From Bacteroidia bacterium (GTDB lineage: Bacteria; Bacteroidota; Bacteroidia; B-17B0; Aurantibacillaceae): 64,000 nucleotides of DNA. Location of the stretch: assembly GCA_021740825.1 (NCBI GenBank), contig JAIOZA010000008.1, positions 39,864 to 103,863 of the forward strand. Reading direction: 5' to 3'. Positions 43,601 through 51,265 of the stretch are shown here, in pieces. The notes under the pieces were generated by a model. The model did not search any database. It saw nothing but the letters and a program-made list of their open reading frames with translations, and was not told where the DNA came from. Made by a program: the position numbers and the translations under genes. Within the stretch, counting starts at the first letter, position 1, and every line of letters begins with the position of its first letter.

Positions 43601-45673
43601 ACCTTAGAACTCATAAATCCTACCCAAAATGTAACTTGCTCGCAAACTAATAATTGGATTGGTTCAAATGATGTAAATGGTGGAACCCCCGGTTTTGTAA
43701 ATTCGGTTTATTCTGTTTCTCCTGATTTAACAGGACCAAAAATTAATTCGATTAATGTGATTGATTCAACGCATATTTCAGTATGTTTTGATGATGTAAT
43801 TTCTGCTTCACAATTAAGTGCAATAATAAATTACACCATAAGCGGTTCAATTGGCTCTCCAATAGCAGCTTCTGCATCAAATGGAAATACGTGCGTTAAT
43901 TTAACTCTTTCAAATAAATTAATAAATGCTACTAACTACACACTAACGGTTTTTGGATTAACAGATTGTAATGGAAATTTAATTACTCCAAACACAGGTA
44001 CGCTTTCTTATTACAAGCATAAAGCACTAGATGTTGTAATTAATGAATTAATGCCAGATCCAGACCCCGCTATTGACTTACCAAATGAAGAATATGTTGA
44101 ATTGAAAAACCGAACACCTTTTAATATTAATTTAAAAAACTGGAGTTTTTCTACAACAACATCTTCAAAAAAATTACCAGATATAACCATTAAGCCAGAC
44201 AGCTTTATTGTATTGACAGGTTCAGGGAATGCGCCGCAATTTTTTGATAATTTTGGAATAGTTGTTAATGAAGTAATTAGTTTTCCGGCCTTAACAAATA
44301 GTAGTGGCATATTAACACTGAGAGATAGTAATGGTGTTGTGATAAATACGATTAGTTATTTAACAAGTTGGTATAACGATGCTAACAAGCAAGACGGAGG
44401 TTGGAGTATGGAACAAATCGATTCAAATAATCCATGTGCAGGCCAAAGCAACTGGCGAGCTAGTAATCATCCTAGCGGAGGAAGCCCAGGAAGAAGAAAT
44501 TCGGTTTTTGCAGCCAATCCCGATAATAATTTTCCTCAATTAGATAGAATAGCAGTCATAAGTGCTGACACTATTATTTTAATTTTTACAGAACCTTTAG
44601 ACAGCATTAGCTTAATCAATGCAGCTAATTATAATTTTGATAATGGATTAACACAACCCACTTATGTATTGCCATTAGCACCAGATTACAGAAAAGTAAA
44701 GGTTAAGTTATCTAACGCTATGCAAGTAGGTGTTATTTATAATTGTACTGTTTTAAGTGGGATTACCGATTGCGTTGGGAATAATTTAATTAATGGAACA
44801 GCCCCATTTGCTTTACCGCAAGCTCCTGAGCCAAATGACGTTGTGATAAATGAAATATTATTTGACCCAAATACTGGTGGAGTAGATTTTGTGGAATTGT
44901 ATAACAGAAGTAGCAAAGCTATCAATTTAAAAGATATACGCATTGGCTCAATGGATACAATTACCGGTAATTTGACCTATACAGAAGATATTACAACAGA
45001 AGGTTATTTATTATTCCCTGAAAAATATTTAGTAATTAGCGAAAATGGAACTGCTATAAAACAAATTTACTTAACCCCCAACCCTAAAGGGTTTTTAGAT
45101 ATTCCCACTTTACCTAGTATGAATACTACAAATGATGTGGTGACATTAAGTGATGCAAATCTTATTGTTATTGATAATTTTAAATATACCAGTAAAATGC
45201 ATTTTCCTTTATTAGTTAGTACTAAAGGTGTATCCCTTGAACGTATTGATTTTAATAGGCCTACAAATGATAGAACGAATTGGAATAGTGCATCCGAAGG
45301 CGTTGGATTTGCAACTCCCGCTTATCGTAACTCTCAATATTTACAAGCCGATGGCGGAAGTGGGGTTTCTATTTCAAATCCTTTATTTTCGCCTGATAAT
45401 GATGGTTATAATGATGTATTAAATATCAGTTATCAATTAGATGAGCCTGGAAAAGCAGCCAACGTTTATATTTATGATAGCAGAGGCCGACAAGTGCGTC
45501 ACTTAATTAGGAACGAACAATTAGCACAAGACGGTACTTTAAGTTGGAATGGCATTAATGATGATAACGAAAAAGCACCCATTGGAATTTATGTAGTTTA
45601 TGTTGAACTGTTTAATTTATCAGGAAAAGTAAATAAATATAAATTAAGCTGCACTTTAGCAGGTAAACTTTAA
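40625..45673 (+). CDS. Giant secreted surface protein with five lamin-tail-domain (LTD)-type modules and a C-terminal sorting-type beta-sandwich
   Basis: ATG 40625 gives signal peptide MIRIFFIIFSCFLLTTSNAQ, whereas the listed TTG 40565 does not. The VINE(I/L)..DP......E(F/Y)(I/V)ELYN motif repeats five times. The C-terminus FSPDNDGYNDVL...WNG...GIYVVYV is like the T9SS/gliding CTD. Confidence 0.8.
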   Translation: MIRIFFIIFSCFLLTTSNAQVIDNFTDGDYTLNPVWAPSAPIDFTIASGQLKSVNTTTNTSFYISTTNTLAVNCVWEFWVNLQFATSGANYVDAYLTADNSNLLSPALNGYFVRIGNTSDDICLYKNTAGTQTIIIDGANASVSSSSNNLIKIRVTRTSSNLFTLERDITGTGTTYITEGTVTDGTFSSSLFFGFAIKQSTASFFGKHFFDDISVSTIVLDVTAPTIISATATSSTSIDVFFNESLDLTTSQTSTNYSINPAIGNPITAIRDVSNLSLVHLTVGTPISNGNYTISINGIQDLVGNAMTTSTVSFNYFVAATPNFKDIVINEIYADPSPIVNLTAAEFIELYNNSSNSFNLNGLKLTDGTSIATLGNYTLLPNGYVIVCPIADTAQFTALGSMNKLGVSSFPSLNNASDNIYLENSSNVVLDSVNYFDTWYQNTIKKNGGWTLEQINPNQNVACSQANNWTASNDVDGGTPGFVNSVYSIAPDITGPNIAALTIIDSTHISVCFNDVISTSQLTNNLNYSINNSIGSPSLSVSGSGNMCAIISLSNPLINNTSYTLSVSGITDCNGNSISTPTVSFTFIVYSTPLFKDVVINEVLIDVNPIPAGIPATQYLELYNKSTKNFNLNGWQFTDGQTISTITTNYALFPNSYVVIAKSADTALFIGTPNKIGTSTFPTFNVTGDLISLSDNFATTIDSLRYTTLWYKDAVKDDGGWSLEQINPNQNVGCLQANNWMASNDIDGGTPGSVNSVYSIAPDITGPSISSLTIIDSTHVSVCFNDVISTTQLTNISNYSINNSIGSPSLALTSNDNFCATLSLSNTLVNNTSYTLAVSGISDCSGNAIMTATLSFTYVDFGTPNFKDIVINEIYADPSPLVNLTSCAFIELYNKSVNPFNLNGLKVTDGTSIATFGTYTLAPNSYVIICPIADTAQFTALGYNNKLGVSSFPSLNNASDNLYLKTATNNVIDSVNYFDTWYKNAIKKDGGYTLELINPTQNVTCSQTNNWIGSNDVNGGTPGFVNSVYSVSPDLTGPKINSINVIDSTHISVCFDDVISASQLSAIINYTISGSIGSPIAASASNGNTCVNLTLSNKLINATNYTLTVFGLTDCNGNLITPNTGTLSYYKHKALDVVINELMPDPDPAIDLPNEEYVELKNRTPFNINLKNWSFSTTTSSKKLPDITIKPDSFIVLTGSGNAPQFFDNFGIVVNEVISFPALTNSSGILTLRDSNGVVINTISYLTSWYNDANKQDGGWSMEQIDSNNPCAGQSNWRASNHPSGGSPGRRNSVFAANPDNNFPQLDRIAVISADTIILIFTEPLDSISLINAANYNFDNGLTQPTYVLPLAPDYRKVKVKLSNAMQVGVIYNCTVLSGITDCVGNNLINGTAPFALPQAPEPNDVVINEILFDPNTGGVDFVELYNRSSKAINLKDIRIGSMDTITGNLTYTEDITTEGYLLFPEKYLVISENGTAIKQIYLTPNPKGFLDIPTLPSMNTTNDVVTLSDANLIVIDNFKYTSKMHFPLLVSTKGVSLERIDFNRPTNDRTNWNSASEGVGFATPAYRNSQYLQADGGSGVSISNPLFSPDNDGYNDVLNISYQLDEPGKAANVYIYDSRGRQVRHLIRNEQLAQDGTLSWNGINDDNEKAPIGIYVVYVELFNLSGKVNKYKLSCTLAGKL
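41591..45250 (+). repeat. Intragenic tandem modules of about 810 nt (five LTD plus Ig-like units)
   Basis: Module starts lie near 41591, 42404, 43219, 44027 and 44836. A 25-nt exact repeat, caaataaacccaaatcaaaatgtgg, occurs at 41984 and 42797 (offset 813 nt). Confidence 0.8.
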
Positions 45674-45674
45674 T

Positions 45675-46361
45675 GTGATGCTTGATGATTTTCTTGCACT
45701 TATTTATCCTCGTAATTGCGTCGCTTGTGGTAATTCACTTTACAAGCACGAAGAACAAGTTTGTAATTTCTGTTATTTAAATTTACCTAAAACTAATTTT
45801 CATAAACAAACACGTAATCCGGTAGACGCTTTGTTTTATGGCAGAACACGTTTATTATTAGCAAGCAGTTTTTATTTGTTTACCAAAAAAGGAAGTATTC
45901 AAAAGATACTGCATGCCATTAAATATAAAAGTAATAAAGACTTAGCGGTGCTTGTTGGAAAATGGTATGCTGAAGATTTATTACAAAATCCCATCATCAG
46001 CAAAGCAGATTATATTATTCCTGTTCCTTTACACAGCAAAAAATTTAAAACGCGAGGATATAATCAAAGTGAAGAATTTGCTAAAGGTTTATCAGAAGGA
46101 TTGAAAATACCATTAAATACAAGTGTTTTACAGCGAAAAGAATTTACTGAAACACAAACTAAAAAAAGTAAATATGAGCGTTGGGAAAATGTAGAAGAAG
46201 TTTTTGAATTAATTAATTCTGACACATTTAAAAACAAACATGTTGTATTAGTTGATGATGTGATAACAACCGGCGCAACTATTGAAGCTTGTTGTCAGTT
46301 GTTACAGCAAATCGAAGGAATACAAATTAGCGTATTAAGTATTGCATACGCAGATAAATAA
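45675..46361 (+). CDS. comF: ComF-family phosphoribosyltransferase-domain protein
   Basis: 228 aa. The N-terminal part has CVACG...CNFC zinc-finger cysteines. The C-terminal part has the VVLVDDVITTGATI PRTase motif. The start is GTG 45675 or ATG 45678. Confidence 0.85.
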   Translation: MMLDDFLALIYPRNCVACGNSLYKHEEQVCNFCYLNLPKTNFHKQTRNPVDALFYGRTRLLLASSFYLFTKKGSIQKILHAIKYKSNKDLAVLVGKWYAEDLLQNPIISKADYIIPVPLHSKKFKTRGYNQSEEFAKGLSEGLKIPLNTSVLQRKEFTETQTKKSKYERWENVEEVFELINSDTFKNKHVVLVDDVITTGATIEACCQLLQQIEGIQISVLSIAYADK

Positions 46362-46404
46362 TCTTTAGTGGACCCTTTTTAAAATATGTTCTGATACAAT
46401 AAAT

Positions 46405-48396
46405 TTAGCGAGGATATTCTATTCTTACATGATAAATATTCATTAATCGTTTTTTGAATATTTTTTTTATCTGGTTAATATCTTTAAATGTGATGTCAGC
46501 ATTCATAAATTGGTTTTCGTTGATTTGGTGATCAATTATTCTATCAACTAGTTCGTCAATTGTAATTGCATCGTATTTTTTTAAACTTCGGGAAGAGGCT
46601 TCTACACCATCTGCCATCATCAAAATGGCAGTTTCCTTGCTAAAAGGAATTGGCCCTGGATAACGAAACAGATCTTCATTAATAATCTCGCCAACATGTT
46701 CTTTCTTATAATTTTGTAAGAAATAACGTGTTGTGGTTGTGCCGTGATGCGTGCGTATAAAATCAATAATAGTTTCTGGCAGTTTATTTTCTTTTGCAAT
46801 TTCTATTCCTTTGATAACGTGTTCAATAATAATTTGCGCACTGTCTTCTGCCGATAAGTCTTCATGAGGACTAACTTCGCCTACTTGATTTTCAGTAAAA
46901 AATCGAGGGTTACTCATTTTACCAATATCATGATACATTGCCCCAGTTCTAACTAAAAGCGCATTTCCACCAATTTTATAGCATGCCTCCTCAGCTAAAT
47001 TAGCTACTTGCAATGAATGCTGAAAAGTACCAGGCACTTTTTGTGATAATTGTCGCAACAAGGTTGAGTTTAAATCGCATAATTCTAATAGAGTAAAATC
47101 TGAAGTAAATCCAAATAGCTTTTCGAAAAAATAAATCAGTGGAAATGCAAACAATACACATATACTACTTATTAAAAAAGGCACATAACTTTCAAAAGAG
47201 CTAATTGCTGCTGTTGTATTATTTATTAAATGATACGCTATAAAAGTTAGCGCATAAAACACAAATGTAAGTAGTGCTGACACAAAAAGTTTTGAGCGCT
47301 TTCCCATATCTGCAATGCTAAAAATTGTTCCAATGCCAGTTATTAATTGTATAAAAACAAATTCAAATTTATCAGTGGTAAAAAAGGCACAAATTAAAAT
47401 GATATTTAAAAAATTAAAGAGCGCCGTTCGGCTATCAAAAAAAACTCGGATTAATATCGGGACTAAGCAAAATGGAACTGAGTAGATTAAGGCCGAATTA
47501 TACTTAGCAACAATACTTGTAATTAAAACAACTATAGTTATTAGCAAAAATATAAATGTAACTTGAGAATTTTGACTAAAAATTGGTTTTCTAAAAAAAG
47601 CTAAAAACAACATCATAATTCCAAGAATTAATAGGCAAGCTAAAAATTGACCTGCAATTATTGAATATAATGGAGTTAGTTTTTTTTGTTCATTTATTTC
47701 GTCAAGGTAACTTCTTAAAATTAGTAGATGTTCTGCGTTTACAACTTCATTTTTGTGGATTAGCACTTCTCCTGTTTTAATTTTTGATTTGTAAACAGTA
47801 TTTTCTTTTGCTTCATCTGCAGTAATATCATTCGAAAGCAACTCATCGTATATGATATTCGGAACTAGGTGCGATTCAATTCTATTTATTAAAGATTGAT
47901 TATTTATTTTTTGTAATAAGAATAGTCTAATTTTTTCTTTATTGTATAAGTTTTGTTTTTGGGTTAATGTAACTTCATTATCGCTTACAACATACATAAT
48001 TGAATCTTGCAGTGAAAGTGGCGTTGATGAAAAATAAACACCAACTTTATATATGCTATCTAAATAGGTGCTTACATTCTTTTTTTCATTTTGCGTTAGC
48101 TCGGCAGCATTTTGCAAAATCTCAATAGATGTAATATTGTTCTTTATAAAATAAGCTATTTTTTTTGTGGACTCTTTTTCTTCTAAAGTCAGTTCAGAAG
48201 TCGATTTTTTAATTAAAAAGTCAAAGGGAGCAATTAAATCTTCATGCAGCCAAACGTCACCAACTAGATTGTTTTTTGGTTCTATATAGGTATGTTTTGG
48301 TAATAATACAGTACAGGTTAGTACAACAATTGTAAATACTATTCCTTTGTACCAAAGAGCATGTTTATCTCTTATTTTTGTTAGGAAGGGATTCAT
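46405..48396 (-). CDS. 7TM-receptor HD-domain phosphohydrolase (PgpH/HDIG family)
   Basis: 663 aa with an extracellular N-terminal region, about seven TM helices and a C-terminal HD domain (HSLQV, YHDIGK, THHGTT). Confidence 0.85.
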   Translation of the reverse strand: MNPFLTKIRDKHALWYKGIVFTIVVLTCTVLLPKHTYIEPKNNLVGDVWLHEDLIAPFDFLIKKSTSELTLEEKESTKKIAYFIKNNITSIEILQNAAELTQNEKKNVSTYLDSIYKVGVYFSSTPLSLQDSIMYVVSDNEVTLTQKQNLYNKEKIRLFLLQKINNQSLINRIESHLVPNIIYDELLSNDITADEAKENTVYKSKIKTGEVLIHKNEVVNAEHLLILRSYLDEINEQKKLTPLYSIIAGQFLACLLILGIMMLFLAFFRKPIFSQNSQVTFIFLLITIVVLITSIVAKYNSALIYSVPFCLVPILIRVFFDSRTALFNFLNIILICAFFTTDKFEFVFIQLITGIGTIFSIADMGKRSKLFVSALLTFVFYALTFIAYHLINNTTAAISSFESYVPFLISSICVLFAFPLIYFFEKLFGFTSDFTLLELCDLNSTLLRQLSQKVPGTFQHSLQVANLAEEACYKIGGNALLVRTGAMYHDIGKMSNPRFFTENQVGEVSPHEDLSAEDSAQIIIEHVIKGIEIAKENKLPETIIDFIRTHHGTTTTRYFLQNYKKEHVGEIINEDLFRYPGPIPFSKETAILMMADGVEASSRSLKKYDAITIDELVDRIIDHQINENQFMNADITFKDINQIKKIFKKRLMNIYHVRIEYPR

Positions 48397-48470
48397 TAAA
48401 GCAAAAGAAAGTAAATTTTAATGACAAATGGCAGGAAGTATTTTTGATTATGAACAAAACGATTTTAATT

Positions 48471-51224
48471 TTACCTCACTAATGTAACATGTCCTACATG
48501 TATTTCAGTTTCTTTAGAGAGTATATTTTTAAATTCGCATTTCCAGGCATACACATCATCCGTACAAGCTTGGTTTTTATAAGTTCCATTCCATCCTGAT
48601 TCGGTATCATCTGTTTGAAAAATTAATTCCCCCCATCTATTAAAAATCATAAAACTGTAATCTTCAACGCCAATGACTAATGGTTTAAAAACATCATTTA
48701 AATTATCTTTATTGCCTGGAGTAAATGCATTTGGAATCCAAAATCTAAATTCAGGGATAACTTTAATTACTAAAGTAGCCGAATTTGAACATGCGTAAAT
48801 ATTAGTGATTGTTTGGGTTACAAAATAATCATCCCACGTTAAATAAGTATGCAATGGATTAACTTCGTTTGAAGTAACTCCATCATCAAAATTATAATTC
48901 CAACTTACAATATCAGGAGAAGCGGATGTATTATAAAAGAAAATAGTTGGATCAAAAATAGATGTTACTAATGGAGTGGCCGTAAAATTAGCTATTGGCG
49001 AAGGATTAACGGTTATGCTAGAGGCCGTTGAAAGTTGATTAACATCAACGCATTGGCTATTGGTTGAAATACTAAGCGAAAATGTGTAAATACCCGGCGG
49101 ACTAAAAGTATGCTTAGGATTTGATTCCGTTGAGGTTGTTCCGTCGCTGAAACTCCAAAGATAACTGATGGTTGATGCAGCCGAACTTGTACTTGAAAAT
49201 TGTACTTCAAGCGGATCGCAACCTACAGTTGTTATGGGATTAATAGCAGCAACTGGATTTTGGTATAATTCGATGATACTTGTAGTAGTATCTATACAGC
49301 CATTTTCATTGGCAATTAATTGTACAGGATATAAGCCGGGAGCATTATATGAGATATTTGAAACTAGTGGATTAGTTGAATTCTGTATTGATGAATTAGC
49401 GCCAAAATCCCACGTTAATTGCCCGTTAATTCCTTGAAAAATGGATGTGCTTGTAAATGAAAAATTATTTAAATTGAAGCATAATCCAGTGGCCGAAATA
49501 AAATTAAAACTTGCTACGGGAGTTGGGTTTACTGTTATAGAATTTACAGACGCAAGCAAACTTGTATCTACACAATTTTGATTTGTAATTACACTTAACG
49601 AAAAACTATAAATGCCTGCAGGCGAAAAAACATGAGTGGGGTCTTGAGCAGTTGAAGTACTGCCATCACTAAACGTCCAGAGGTAAGTCATAGGAGTAGC
49701 AGCGGTGCTTGTATTTAAAAAATTGACTGTTAAAGGGTCGCAACCTACAGCGGGAAAGGTGCTGACAGATGCATTTGGATTTTCAAATACTTCAATAGTT
49801 TTTGTTGAAGTAGCTGTGCAACCGTTTTCGTTAATCGTAAATGCTACTGGATAAACTCCGGGCGCATTAAATGTTACATTATTAACGGTTAAAGTGTTTG
49901 CGGTTTGAGGATTTGCATTTGTCCCAAAATTCCAATTAAACGTGCCGTTACCTTGAAAAAGTCCAGTCCCATTAAAGTTAAAGTTGTTACCATTTAAACA
50001 CTGAGCATTTGGTGCAATATAATCTGGAGATAATAAGGGATAAACGTTAAATACTTCTGTTGTAGTATCTCCGCAACTGCTTCCTGGATTAACAATTAAT
50101 GTTACAGTGTATGTTCCGCTATTTGTAAACGTATAAGTAGGGTTATAAGAAGTAGAAGTATCTGCTAATGTTGATGAGTCTCCAAAGTCCCAAAAATAGG
50201 TTGAGCCGTTAAAACTATTATTCCAATACGAAATAGTGAAGCCGTTGCAATACCCAGTTCCCTGACCGTTATTAGTGGAAGTTTGAGATAGAATATCGGC
50301 TGATACTACAAATGGACAATTAATAACATTAAACTGAAAGTCACGATGATGAACATCGATTAGTTGACCATTTCTATATTCACTTACACAAACGCCAACT
50401 ACCCACTGTCCTAATATATTTGGCACGCCATCTAAAAAACCAGTATTAGGATTAATGTTGATCGCAGGACTTGAAGCTAAAGGGTAACTAGCAGAATAGG
50501 GAGCAATAAATGGTACGCTAAAATAAGGTTGTGGAGTATTAACAGTTGGACAAGCGGGTGGTGGGTTTGTACATAAAGGACTTCCAGACACACCATTATT
50601 TAAGGTAGGACAGCATGCATCAAGTCCATTAAACGGCGTGCACAAACTATATACTAATGAATCTCCATCAGGATCTATCGCAGAATGATCAAATGCAATT
50701 GGTAATCCGCTACAAATATAAATTGGTGGCCTTTTAGTAAAACGCGGACTGTTATTAACAGCTACAACTTCAGGACCAGGGATATGTTGCCAATAAGTAG
50801 CTCCTACTGCACCTGGATTTATTAAATTTAAGATTGTTCCATTTCTGCAGCATCTCTGATAAACGACATAATAGCCGCCAGTGATAGGGGGTAAATTAAC
50901 CGTTATTTCGTATAATGCTTCCTCTACACAGGCATTACCTGAGGTGGTGGGTGCACAAGGGCTATTATTGCTCGGCGGAACAGTGTTAAATGATAAAGCC
51001 GTAAAATTTCCAGAAATAACGACATTATTAAAAACATCATAAATTGTAAAATAAGCTGGAATAATATTTCCTTGACTGTCTGGAAAACCATCAAAAGGTG
51101 GAATTCCATTTAAACAATCCCTGTATACCTTCATGTGTATTTTATAATTATTTCCCCCTAAATTATCATAGTATATTTCTCCGCCCACAATGTGGGTTGC
51201 AGAAGCTACTTTACATAGCAACAA
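48471..51224 (-). CDS. PKD-repeat surface protein with gliding-motility-associated (T9SS type B) C-terminal domain
   Basis: 917 aa in the listed ORF. It has several PKD-like modules (W.FGDG....NP.H.Y...G.Y) and the C-terminal IPNAFTPGNKDNLNDVF...WNG motif. The true start probably lies upstream at a non-canonical codon (see findings). Confidence 0.8.
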   Translation of the reverse strand: MLLCKVASATHIVGGEIYYDNLGGNNYKIHMKVYRDCLNGIPPFDGFPDSQGNIIPAYFTIYDVFNNVVISGNFTALSFNTVPPSNNSPCAPTTSGNACVEEALYEITVNLPPITGGYYVVYQRCCRNGTILNLINPGAVGATYWQHIPGPEVVAVNNSPRFTKRPPIYICSGLPIAFDHSAIDPDGDSLVYSLCTPFNGLDACCPTLNNGVSGSPLCTNPPPACPTVNTPQPYFSVPFIAPYSASYPLASSPAININPNTGFLDGVPNILGQWVVGVCVSEYRNGQLIDVHHRDFQFNVINCPFVVSADILSQTSTNNGQGTGYCNGFTISYWNNSFNGSTYFWDFGDSSTLADTSTSYNPTYTFTNSGTYTVTLIVNPGSSCGDTTTEVFNVYPLLSPDYIAPNAQCLNGNNFNFNGTGLFQGNGTFNWNFGTNANPQTANTLTVNNVTFNAPGVYPVAFTINENGCTATSTKTIEVFENPNASVSTFPAVGCDPLTVNFLNTSTAATPMTYLWTFSDGSTSTAQDPTHVFSPAGIYSFSLSVITNQNCVDTSLLASVNSITVNPTPVASFNFISATGLCFNLNNFSFTSTSIFQGINGQLTWDFGANSSIQNSTNPLVSNISYNAPGLYPVQLIANENGCIDTTTSIIELYQNPVAAINPITTVGCDPLEVQFSSTSSAASTISYLWSFSDGTTSTESNPKHTFSPPGIYTFSLSISTNSQCVDVNQLSTASSITVNPSPIANFTATPLVTSIFDPTIFFYNTSASPDIVSWNYNFDDGVTSNEVNPLHTYLTWDDYFVTQTITNIYACSNSATLVIKVIPEFRFWIPNAFTPGNKDNLNDVFKPLVIGVEDYSFMIFNRWGELIFQTDDTESGWNGTYKNQACTDDVYAWKCEFKNILSKETEIHVGHVTLVR

Positions 51225-51265
51225 AAGCAGAATAAATAAATATGATTTAATTCTTTGAATTGTTG

